A stretch of DNA of 64,000 nt from positions 1 through 64,000 of the forward strand of contig BLSG01000001.1 of NCBI GenBank assembly GCA_012862495.1, read 5' to 3'. The DNA comes from Thraustochytrium aureum. Its lineage: Eukaryota. The translations under genes were made by a program, and so were the position numbers. The notes beneath the pieces were generated by a model, which did no database searches, had not been told where the DNA came from, and saw only the letters and a program-made list of their open reading frames with translations. How positions within the stretch are numbered: the stretch's first letter is position 1; each line of letters begins with the position of its first letter. Of this stretch, positions 11,724 through 21,872 are shown in pieces.

Positions 11724-12026
11724 ATGGCAACGCGCGCTGGGGCGGTGCTGGTGATTGCAGTAGCGTGGCTCGTCGGGACGGCCAACGCAAACGCAAGCGA
11801 GGCTGCGCTGAGGTCCAACGTGGACGGCCCCATCGACGACAAATACATCCGCTTCGCCGTCATCGGCATGGGCAGCCTCGTCGGCCTCCTTCTCGCCTTA
11901 TCGGCGTTGAGCTGCTGCCGATCGCAACCATTAGGTTCACAAGCATCAACATCCTCCATGCCGTCGCGCGGCAGCGCGGTCCAAGTCACCGTTCACCAAA
12001 ACCCGCGGTACGCGAGCGGAGCCTGA
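11724..12026 (+). CDS. Small type I single-pass membrane protein (100 aa)
   Basis: Signal-like MATRAGAVLVIAVAWLVGTANA, TM helix FAVIGMGSLVGLLLALSAL followed by SCCR, short tail. Confidence 0.6.
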   Translation: MATRAGAVLVIAVAWLVGTANANASEAALRSNVDGPIDDKYIRFAVIGMGSLVGLLLALSALSCCRSQPLGSQASTSSMPSRGSAVQVTVHQNPRYASGA

Positions 12027-12727
12027 CGCCCTCATCGAAGATCGATTCTGTTCTGAATTCTGAATGCCAGGCGTTAGTGCGCGCGTGTTCCCTCCCTTCT
12101 AAGTTGTACCTTTTGTTCGTTCTGTTTCGNNNNNNNNNNNNNNNNNNNNNNNNNNNNNNNNNNNNNNNNNNNNNNNNNNNNNNNNNNNNNNNNNNNNNNN
12201 NNNNNNNNNNNNNNNNNNNNNNNNNNNNNNNNNNNNNNNNNNNNNNNNNNNNNNNNNNNNNNNNNNNNNNNNNNNNNNNNNNNNNNNTTTCGTTTCGATT
12301 CTTTCGTTTCGAATCTTGGCGAGTGCAAGTGCCCAAAAACACAAAACGGCGTCGGGCAAACAGACTCCCAACTCGACTGCTCCGCAAAACGCCGCCCAGC
12401 TGTCGCTGCGGACGACGGGGTTTCGGCCTTTTCTTCCTTGATCAAGGCGTACGCGTCGCAGCGTCACAGCCAGCCAGTGAGGAGTCCATGCGCGAGGTTG
12501 ACGTGTGCATTCATCGTCGGCCAGCCCAGGTCGCTGAGCCCCCAGGCACTGGCTGCCAAAGGCCGGTGCGACAGGCGCTCGCGACGAGCAAGTTTGCTTG
12601 CCAGGCGCTTGAGCGGGCCCTTTCGTCGAGGCCTGCGCTGGCCTCGGCGACGCGGGGACTTGCGCGAACAAGGCCTTGACGTTGGCGCTGGTCGATCGAC
12701 ACGCGCGCGGCGCCGCGCTCGGGAAGA

Positions 12728-14956
12728 ATGGCGGAGGACGAGCTGAGCAAGTGCAGGTTCAACCTGACAAACATCGAGTTCGGGTGGACGTTCTTGCTGC
12801 TTTGGCTGGGCGTGATGGGGCTGCTGAGCGCGTTTCTGGAGGGAGTTCTCCACTGGACCGAGTATATCCTCAAGCAGGACCGCGTGTACATGCAGTTTTT
12901 CCAGCGCGTGATCAAAGAGCTGGTCGTGCTCGGGTTCCTGTCCATGATCCTCATCATCGTGCGAGACTTCTCCACGAACCTGAGCAAGAACGAGTACCTG
13001 ATCATCGAGTTCTCGCACCTGTGGATTTTTTGCGTTGGCCTCATCTTTGTCCTGCAAGGCGTCCAGATCGCCAGGTCGCTGCGTTCCAGCAAGAGACGGT
13101 GGGATGCCGCCTTTGCGCTGGGGCTGCAGCACATCGAGCGCGAGTACCGCGACCTCGAGGAGGCGCGCCGCTTCAAGATGCCACTGCCGCTTTGGTTTTA
13201 CGGGTGCGACGGCTGGGACGGCGCCACGACCGGCAATAGGCTTTTGCGCCAAGCCCGTCTCTGGATCTTGCGCAAGCACTTCATCGACCGCAATCGCCTC
13301 CCTCGTTCGTTTGAATTCGCAAAGTACCTTCGTCGCACGCTTTCGAGGCACGTGCTCCACCACATCGACATCGGCTGGCAGACCTGGATTGTTCTTTGCG
13401 CCGTTTTCTTCTGCTCAAGTCTCGTCCTGCACATAGTCTCGCCGGACGAGCGCCAGATCGACGTCGAGCAGGTCGCCAAAGTCGTCTTTGCCATCACGGG
13501 GGTTCTCGTCCTCGTTTCAGTTCTCTTGCTGTGGGGCATCGAGCACGGAACGAGGCGTTTCCTCGCCTCGTTGGGCTGCAAGCGCCCGTCAAACTTTGAG
13601 CGCGTTCTCGCCCACATTCGCGTGATGTATGGCCGCGAGTTTGGCGAAAAGCCGAGCAAGCGCGGCATCGCCGAAAACAGGACCACAATTCAACGTGACG
13701 CAGGTACAGGGGCGGAAGAACCGCAGGACAACGCTGAAATCAACAAGCGACGGAAAACGCCCGCGGGCCGCGCCTCTGACATTGAGAGCGGCGAAGCGCG
13801 AATCGAGACGCTTGCGCTGCCCGAGCACAAACACACGCAGCGGTACATGCGGAAACGAACGCTCGACGCCAACTTTGCAGGAGGCGCCCTCGACGAGGAG
13901 GGCCTCGAAAGGTCTTTGGTGGACGACATGCGCCTCGATGCAATCTTGCGCAGCGCGTCGTCTGGCAAAGAGGACATGGACGCAGAGCGCGCGAAGGTGA
14001 TTGTCAGACTCGAGCTTTACCAGGAGAACACTTTTCTTCCGCTCGCCTCGCCGCGCGTATACATGGGCCTGTTCAGAATCGTCATGCTTGCCCAGTGCTA
14101 CAACTTTGGCCTCAGCGTGTTGCTGCTTCTCAACAACAAAGGCATCACGTTCGTTTACGTGCTGGCACTCTTTGGCGAGGTCTTTGCGCACGGCGTACTC
14201 GTGGTGGTCCTGTTCCCTCGTATCGTCCGAGACTTTTCAATCCTTTCCGCGGTCACAGGGCTTGACAGGCTTGCTGTCGAGATGGTTGACGACACCATCA
14301 CATACCAGCAGGAAACCAACGATGCCATCCACGTCGTCGCTCGAGCCCTCAACCAGGGCTTTGCTGAACTGGACAGCGACTTTGCCGCCGTCTTTCGCGC
14401 GCTGCGCGGCGACCCAGCCTCGGAGACGGGCGTGAGTTGTGCAAGCATGCAGTGGCGCCTCACCAAGGCCCCGTTCAACACGCATCTGACTGTGTCGAGG
14501 GTGCGCCGCGTAGCGCGCGCGCTGGGATGCAGCGGCACGGGCTTTCTGCTCCACCACGTCAAGTTTCTTGTGGAAGGGGCTCGACGCCTCGAAGAGGAAG
14601 AGGCCGCCACTGAGCGATACGCCGAGAGCTGCTTTGATGGCGTCAAGGTCTTGTGCAAGCGCTGCAGCAGCAATGTGCCAGTCCTGGAAATTAACGACCA
14701 CATACGCACCTGCACCTCGCGGTCAGGAGCAGGATCGATTGACGGTGACTTTCACGCGATGCAGCTTTTGGCAACCTCCAACTATGGCCTCCTCCGCCCG
14801 TACATCGCCCACAGGCGGAGTTCGGCATCTTCGGTGGACTTTGGCAACAACACTTCTTCGAGCATTTCGTGGACAGAGTCGATGGGTGACTTTGCCGTGG
14901 GCCGCTCGCGCACGGACTCTGACAGTTTGAGTGCCGGGTCTGCGACGGACGAGTAG
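12728..14956 (+). CDS. MLO-like multi-pass membrane protein (742 aa) with extended cytosolic C-terminus
   Basis: Intact ORF. SAFLEGVLHWTEY..QRVIKELVVLGFLSMIL (cf. MLO ELMLLGFISLLL), FSHLWIFCVG (cf. LHIFIFVL), FEFAKYLRRTL...IDIGWQTW (cf. FDFHKYI.RSLE....VVGIS..LW). Confidence 0.8.
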   Translation: MAEDELSKCRFNLTNIEFGWTFLLLWLGVMGLLSAFLEGVLHWTEYILKQDRVYMQFFQRVIKELVVLGFLSMILIIVRDFSTNLSKNEYLIIEFSHLWIFCVGLIFVLQGVQIARSLRSSKRRWDAAFALGLQHIEREYRDLEEARRFKMPLPLWFYGCDGWDGATTGNRLLRQARLWILRKHFIDRNRLPRSFEFAKYLRRTLSRHVLHHIDIGWQTWIVLCAVFFCSSLVLHIVSPDERQIDVEQVAKVVFAITGVLVLVSVLLLWGIEHGTRRFLASLGCKRPSNFERVLAHIRVMYGREFGEKPSKRGIAENRTTIQRDAGTGAEEPQDNAEINKRRKTPAGRASDIESGEARIETLALPEHKHTQRYMRKRTLDANFAGGALDEEGLERSLVDDMRLDAILRSASSGKEDMDAERAKVIVRLELYQENTFLPLASPRVYMGLFRIVMLAQCYNFGLSVLLLLNNKGITFVYVLALFGEVFAHGVLVVVLFPRIVRDFSILSAVTGLDRLAVEMVDDTITYQQETNDAIHVVARALNQGFAELDSDFAAVFRALRGDPASETGVSCASMQWRLTKAPFNTHLTVSRVRRVARALGCSGTGFLLHHVKFLVEGARRLEEEEAATERYAESCFDGVKVLCKRCSSNVPVLEINDHIRTCTSRSGAGSIDGDFHAMQLLATSNYGLLRPYIAHRRSSASSVDFGNNTSSSISWTESMGDFAVGRSRTDSDSLSAGSATDE

Positions 14957-15144
14957 GCAGACAAATACTCGACCATGAACTCCATGGATCGGCAAACGAA
15001 TTGTAGATCAAGTCCAAGGCAGTCGAAAAGTAGATGTTCTGGCGCTCCGTGTTACGCGCACCCTACGCAGCGAGCCTCTTCCAGGGTCTTTCGGCGGCCC
15101 AGGTACCAGTTGACTGAAGGTGGGGCGCTCATGGCTGTCTAAAC

Positions 15145-16022
15145 TAGCCAGAGAGTTTGGGTCGGTCTTCTGGGTCTTGTGGTGCGTTTGGGACCTGCTG
15201 GATCAACACTAGCTCGTAGAGAGGTAGGCACTCTCTCCAGGCTATACAGAGTACGCGCAGCTCACCGATGTATTCGGCGAAGTCGAGATGAGCATCTATC
15301 GAAAGATGAGCGCCCATGTGACCGCGTTGAGCACAAAGTCAACCAGAACCAGCGGGGCTGCAATAGTGTCGGAAGGCTCCGTCCTGAACCCTGCCCAGAA
15401 TCGCGATGGCCATGAACGCAAACAAGACCGCTTAGCAGCGGCAGCCGAGTCCCCGTCGCCAGAGTCGTCAGACTCAGCGTCAGTAATAAACAAGGTCTTG
15501 GCGTAGTTCTCCTTGTCCACGACAAGGTCGAACACCGCCACGGTGTCTTAGAAAGTCGAGAGGCCCAGGAAGAGGAGGTTGGAGAATTGCCGCATCTCCT
15601 CCACCTCTTTGTCGCCAGCAGTGGCCAGGACGCAACTAAAGGCCATGAAGAACACGCTCGAGATCTTTTGCATTGCCATGCCGTCTCTTCCGTCGACCGC
15701 CGGCCGCGCGTACGTGCTATCCGTGAGTGACCTGGTCGTGGCCCGTATCACCTCCGCGACCATCAGGGCGATAGGTGCCGCAGCCAGGATGGCCCCTGCG
15801 AGGGCCAGCTTGGACCGGCCCGCTTAGCTCCAACTCCATGCACACGCCGAGGACGAACAGCGCTTCCGAGTGCGTCCCGATCAGCCCCTGCGCATAGTTG
15901 GCCAGCCAATTGTTGTCCGAATTATCCGAGTCCTCGGACGAAGCGTGCAAGCGGCTGCTGCCTGACGGCATAGAGCTGCCACTGCTAGGCCTTTGCAAGT
16001 CGGCGACCGAGGTGCCGTCCAT
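15145..16022 (-). pseudogene. Disrupted membrane-protein gene (candidate pseudogene or error-ridden CDS)
   Basis: ATG 16022 (MDGTSVADLQ), frameshift near 15825, hydrophobic segments, in-frame TAA at 15548-15550 (GLSTF*DTVAVF), TAG at 15296-15298. 3' boundary uncertain. Confidence 0.4.
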
Positions 16023-16519
16023 GGCGCGCCGACCTGGAGAACGGACCCGATTCTCGGCTGACGCCCCGCTGGGTTTGCCGGCGCTTGTGTGCCAAACGTG
16101 AGTAGCTCGCTGTTTGGACGCGAAGGCCCAGCCAGCAGGCCTCGAACGTCCCAGTTGAGGATCTGGTGCGCAAAGTGTGTTTTCGCGGGCGCGGGGTGCG
16201 CGAGGATCGGAATTCGGGAACCGCACGTCGATGAGGTCGACGACTTCTTCATCGCTGAAGTCCGTTGACCACCTCTTGATTGATAAGCGAAAATCGGCTC
16301 TTGCAAATCCGACGAGAGCAAGAACCTACCGGTACCTACGAACGCACCACTGGCGCCGGCAGCTGCTTGTATGGCAGCGGATGTCGGCCGGCCTCGTCTC
16401 GCCACCGCGACCACGGAGCGGATTGGCGGCCAACTCGACGACGCAAAACGTCGTCACCAACACAGGGCAGACTCAGGACGCACAGGCCTCGCCAACGGCT
16501 ACTACGATTCCCGGCAAAC

Positions 16520-16618
16520 GCGCTTGCAGACTCGCTTGCAGACTCGCTTTCAGACACGCTTGCAAGGCAGACGCCTTGCAAGGCAGACGCTTGCAAGGCA
16601 GACGCTTGCAAGGCAGAG
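16520..16618. repeat. Compound tandem repeat (12-bp cgcttgcagact and 15-bp cgcttgcaaggcaga units)
   Basis: Read directly; about 3 copies of the 12-mer and 4 of the 15-mer, between two divergent start codons. Confidence 0.8.
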
Positions 16619-16855
16619 TTGGCGAAGGCAGACCGGCAAGCCAACGTGGGTTTGCAAGCCAGCGAGCGGGAGACAGGCACGCCGTCGACGCTGGACGCGC
16701 GCCGCCGAGCCTTGTCGGTGCTTCACGGGCTCGCGACTCGGCCAGCCGGCAACCTGACCGCAAGTTGCCACGCAGTGCTACGCTGCGCGCAACGCCGTGG
16801 AACTTGCGGCAGTCACGCCGAGCGGGCGTGCAAAGACGACTGGAGCTACGTCAAC

Positions 16856-19052
16856 ATGGAGGAGCACGGCACGGGCTGCATGGACCCTGCAGAGCGCTCG
16901 ACCCAGGCGCCTCAAGGAAACGAACAAGCGGGTTGCGCAGAAGAAGCCGCCACAGTAGAAACGCTCGTAATCGACGCCGAGAGCGAGGGCAATCTTTCTC
17001 CGGCGCTGTCTAGCGTCAACGACGGGTTCCCGCCCGAAGTCAGGGCGCAGCTGGCAAAGGGCGCTTCGACGAGTCTCGCGTCCATGTCGCCCGGAGGGAG
17101 CGAGCGGATTCAGAGGCTGTACGAGTACGGCAAGGTTTCAGCGCGGCGTCGGCGAGAGAGCTCGGGCCGAACACCACAAGAGGAGGGCTGCACCTTCCAG
17201 CCAGTCACAAACAAACGGCACAGCAAGTCACGCACCGCCGACTCGGGAGCCTCCGCCAGCACCTTTGACAGGCTGTACCTTCATGGAAAGCTCGCCAAAG
17301 AGCGCTTGGAGCGCGCCCGCGCTCTCGAGCTGGAACGTAAAAGGTTCTCGTTCCAGCCTCGCATCAACCGAACTGGCAGCCTCGCCTCTCCGGCATCGCA
17401 GCGAGGGCCTGACACCCCCGACACGGCTTCCTCGCCAAGCGGATTCGGCACGTCGCGCTTCGAGGCCTTGTACCAGCAAGCCATCGCGCAGCGGCAGCTC
17501 CAGCGACAGCGGCAAGAGCAGATCAACGACGCAGAGTGCACGTTTGAGCCGAGGCTCGCAACGCGCGGCCGCCGGACCTCGAACGGAGCGCGTGGGCAAG
17601 ACCGTCTCAACGAGTTGTACAATCAAGCCAAGCGCCTCGAAGAGAAACGGCGAGAAATTGTGGAAAGCCTCGCCAAGCAGCACACGTTTACGCCTCGTAT
17701 CAACAAACCACGAGTGGAGACGTGCACGGACGGTTCTAGCGTGAACGGCGGCATTTCGCGCATGTGCCCCGGCAAGTCGGAACTGGAGCGGAAGAAGGAG
17801 AGGCTCGAGGAAATTCGGCTCGCACGAGAAATGCAAGGTTGCACCTTCTCTCCTCGCCTCGAAACCGCGAACAGTCTTGCCTCAAAACGCGCTGCATCGG
17901 GTTTCAGCAAGGCCGCGCGGCCCGGGTCGGTGTATTCTCGCCTGTACGACGAGGCGCGCGAGAGGTCTTGTCGGGCCTCCGAAGGCACGGGCGCTGGCAG
18001 CTCGCGTGTCTTGTCCCCGACGTCGGCAAAGAGCGGGCGCACGGTTCCGGCAGAGGAAGTGTCCAAGACCTTTGAACGCCTCTACAACGACGGAAAAGCT
18101 CAGGCGGCAAGGCGCCGCGAAGAGGAGCGGCGCGCTCGAGAGCTGCGCGAGGCTCTTGAGCTGGAGCGCGACCAAACCGCGTGCACGTTTTCGCCCGAGA
18201 TTGGGCAGACTTCTCGAGAGCTCGCTGGAAAGGTCCTTCGAACTCGGCTCAGCGACGAGGAGAGCAAGAGTATCTTTGAGCGCCTGTACGCTGAGAACCG
18301 CGAGAAGCTCGTCAAGCGCGCCATGGAAGCTACAGATAGGTTCGGGCGGGAGTACGAGTGCACGTTTCAGCCTGAGATCAACGAGACAAGCAAGGAGATT
18401 GCACAACGGCTCGCCGCAGAGGAGCAGAGGACGCGAGAGCAGCGCAAGCACTACACATTTATGCGCAAGGGACAGTTCTCGCCGCAGCATAGCCATCTCC
18501 CGAGTGACGAAGAGCTCAGCCTTATCCACGGTCTCTCCATTGGCTCTAGCCTACCTTTGAGTATGGAAAGGGCGGTGCCGCGAGTACTCACTCGCCCTGA
18601 CGGCCACGAGCCACTCTTGGAGGACGCATACTCGGAGGCAGTTGACCCGCTTGGCATGGCGAGTGCCGACGGCTCTGATCTTACGGAGGAAGAAGCGCAG
18701 CTCAAGGCCGACATTGAGGCTGGGATTTCGGACGAAAACGCGCACATCCTGGCCCAGATTGTTCAAAACGACCTTGATCACAACCCAGCGCATGTGGCTT
18801 TCCGCAAGGGGTCTTGGTTGAAGGGGATGTTCGCGAAGCGCAGGACCAGGGTTCCAGTCGCGCGCTGGCATGAGCCGGTCACGGGAAAAAGGCTCGTGCA
18901 CCCGCTTGGAGCTTGCGCGCTCGCTCTATTGCAGAGAGAGCGTGCATCGACTCGATTACCTTTAGAACTTGACAGATACCTACTTCCAATTGTGTTTCCC
19001 TCTGTTTGCGTCGCGCGCGAGTTGTTTCCGCACGGGCAGCGGAAAGAGTGCC
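16856..19052 (+). CDS. Repeat protein with recurring (F)xRLY...CTFxPxIN modules; probable microtubule/cytoskeleton-associated protein
   Basis: Modules RLYEYG..GCTFQPVTN, FDRLYLHG..FSFQPRIN, FEALYQQA..ECTFEPRL, ELYNQA..HTFTPRIN, GCTFSPRL, YSRLYDEA, FERLYNDG..CTFSPEI, FERLYAE..ECTFQPEIN. Start chosen at ATG 16856; true stop may lie near 18870 if frameshifted. Confidence 0.75.
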
Positions 19053-19468
19053 NNNNNNNNNNNNNNNNNNNNNNNNNNNNNNNNNNNNNNNNNNNNNNNN
19101 NNNNNNNNNNNNNNNNNNNNNNNNNNNNNNNNNNNNNNNNNNNNNNNNNNNNNNNNNNNNNNNNNNNNNNNNNNNNNNNNNNNNNNNNNNNNNNNNNNNN
19201 NNNNNNNNNNNNNNNNNNNNNNNNNNNNNNNNNNNNNNNNNNNNNNNNNNNNNNNNNNNNNNNNNNNNNNNNNNNNNNNNNNNNNNNNNNNNNNNNNNNN
19301 NNNNNNNNNNNNNNNNNNNNNNNNNNNNNNNNNNNNNNNNNNNNNNNNNNNNNNNNNNNNNNNNNNNNNNNNNNNNNNNNNNNNNNNNNNNNNNNNNNNN
19401 NNNNNNNNNNNNNNNNNNNNNNNNNNNNNNNNNNNNNNNNNNNNNNNNNNNNNNNNNNNNNNNNNNNN

Positions 19469-19924
19469 GTAGATTTCTTCTCCTGCAAAGTCCATTGGGG
19501 TTGGCACTACTACCGAGTAGGCGGTCTGCGGATCTACGACTCCAGCGCTCTTCATTCCCACGAGGCGCGACAGGTTTTGCCTGGCTTGAGCAAGCAGCAC
19601 CCTGTTCTGCTCGTACACCTGACTGCGCGAGCGCGCTGCCCCGAAATCGTGCCTGAGCTTTTCCAGTTCTCTCCTTTTGCGCTCCAACAAGTGCCTCTCC
19701 CGAATCTCGCGCAGCTCCGCCGAGGAGTACGCCTTGCCGCGCAAGCACTTGACGTGAACAACAATACACCTATTCCACACCAGGTAAAACACTAGCAGCG
19801 CCGCAAAGGCGACCAAAAACCACCCGAGCGCAACGGCCGTGGCCTTGCTCCCGTGCAGCCCATCGCCATCCTTCCTCGGCGCCCTGTCCCCGTGCACGAA
19901 CGCCCCGCCCGGCCTGCGGTCCAT
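19469..19924 (-). CDS. Hypothetical single-pass membrane protein with coiled coil, 3' partial
   Basis: ATG 19924; TM AVALGWFLVAFAALLVFYLVW; charged helix ELREIRERHLLERKRRELEKL; runs into the gap. Confidence 0.55.
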
Positions 19925-20440
19925 CGAGTCGCCAAACCGGTCGCTCGACTCGGGGCGCCCGAACTTTGTCGGCCCAAACCAGCGACCTTCCACGATCAAG
20001 ATCAAGATCACCCGAAATGCAGCTTCGACCCCGGGCCCCACGCCTCCTGCGCCCGCCTCAGGCACGCTGCGCCAAGCAAAGATGCCGCGTTGCTCGTCCC
20101 TGTTCGAGCATCTCGCGCCAAATGCAAACCAACCCGAAAAAAACCAAGCGAAAACCAATCACGGCAAGAGAGCCGTTGAGGGGACAGCGCGAACAATACC
20201 TCGTTCCTCTGTTCTTCGAGGGCTTGCAGAATGATGAATTTTTCAGAAGCGATTCTGCTTTGGGTGGTCTCGAATCGACCGCGTCGCGGCGCTGCTGGCG
20301 ATGGATACGGCGCGCTGGTGAGCTGCGCAGGGCCCTGCAGAGCCCACTGGACCACTGGCCCGTGGCTATACTCGCGCGGAGTTTTGCGCGTTTTGATTGC
20401 GGGTCCGGATTCGCGGATTTTGGACGCGGTCTTTGAAAAG

Positions 20441-21439
20441 ATGGCGGCCAACGAGGCCGCCTCGCGGCTGAGCTTGCTGCGCTGCCTTGTGCAGGCGCGC
20501 GAGAGCTTGGGCGGGGATGGGGATCGGGAATGGGCGGAGCGGAGGATTCCGTTCTTTGAACGCGAGGAGATGCTGGATGAGTGGCTACGGACGGCTGTGC
20601 CGACGGAAGAGTCGGGCGGGGAGTCGTTCGACGTTGGGAGCTTTGTTGAAGGCTGGGAGCAGCTCGCGCGGCGCGCGATGGGCCTGGGCGCCGGACAACA
20701 GCGGAGCCAGTTTGATCTAGGCAAGTTTGAGGCCCAGGCGGCGCTCAACTGGGACGCGTTCTACAAGAGGAACACCACCAAGTTTTTCAAGGACAGGCAC
20801 TACCTCGACAAGGATTTTGACGTCCTGCGCGCGCGGATCGAGCAAGGGGCGCCATGCTCAATAATGGAGGTCGGGAGCGGCGTGGGCAACGCCATCCTTC
20901 CTTTAACCCTCAAGCGGAGCTGCTGCACAGCTTACGGGCTGGACTTTGCGCCGACCGCAATCGAGCTTCTAAACGCCTCGGCGATCGACAACCCACGGTG
21001 CAGCGGGTTCGTTTGCGACATCTCGCAAAGCCCAGCTCCAGCCGGAATCCCCGGCGTCGACTTTTGCACGCTCGTTTTCGTCCTCAGCGCGGTGGCTCCT
21101 GACCGCATGCATGCGGCAGTGGTCAATACAATCGAGCGTCTCAAACCTGGCGGTTACCTTTTGTTCCGCGACTATGGGAGGCTCGACCAGGCCCAGCTCC
21201 GTTTCGCGCAAGACCAGCGGCTCGGGCATTCCTATTACGTCCGGCAAGACGGCACCCGCTCGTTTTTCTTCTCTTTGGAGGGCATGGCCTGGCTCTTCGA
21301 GCGGCAGTGCGGTTTGGAGCGCGTCGAGGCGCGCGAGATCCGCCGGGTCGTACTCAACCGGGCCGCTGGCCTCAAGATGCGCCGCGTGTTTATGCATGCC
21401 ACGTACCGCAAGCCTTGCGCGGCCACGGCGTCGGCCTAG
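20441..21439 (+). CDS. METTL6: tRNA N3-methylcytidine methyltransferase, METTL2/6/8 (Trm140) family
   Basis: NWDAFYKRNTTKFFKDRHYL, SAM motif MEVGSGVGN, LVFVLSAV, LKPGGYLLFRDYGRLDQAQLRF, YVRQDGTRSFFFS. Confidence 0.9.
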   Translation: MAANEAASRLSLLRCLVQARESLGGDGDREWAERRIPFFEREEMLDEWLRTAVPTEESGGESFDVGSFVEGWEQLARRAMGLGAGQQRSQFDLGKFEAQAALNWDAFYKRNTTKFFKDRHYLDKDFDVLRARIEQGAPCSIMEVGSGVGNAILPLTLKRSCCTAYGLDFAPTAIELLNASAIDNPRCSGFVCDISQSPAPAGIPGVDFCTLVFVLSAVAPDRMHAAVVNTIERLKPGGYLLFRDYGRLDQAQLRFAQDQRLGHSYYVRQDGTRSFFFSLEGMAWLFERQCGLERVEAREIRRVVLNRAAGLKMRRVFMHATYRKPCAATASA

Positions 21440-21872
21440 CGCCTGGACTGTGCAGACCTGGCTGTTCGGCCGAGCCGACGCGCTGTTGCGACCCACGTGC
21501 CGCGAGAGGCCTTTGCACGGGACTGTCTCGTCTCTGCTCTGCGGACTGTCTGGAACGCTTTCAACTCGGAAAACATTTATTCGTTTACGTACAAGTCTCA
21601 CACCTCGTGCTGAAGACCCTCCACACCGNNNNNNNNNNNNNNNNNNNNNNNNNNNNNNNNNNNNNNNNNNNNNNNNNNNNNNNNNNNNNNNNNNNNNNNN
21701 NNNNNNNNNNNNNNNNNNNNNNNNNNNNNNNNNNNNNNNNNNNNNNNNNNNNNNNNNNNNNNNNNNNNNNNNNNNNNNNNNNNNNNNNNNNNNNNNNNNN
21801 NNNNNNNNNNNNNNNNNNNNNNNNNNNNNNNNNNNNNNNNNNNNNNNNNNNNNNNNNNNNNNNNNNNNNNNN

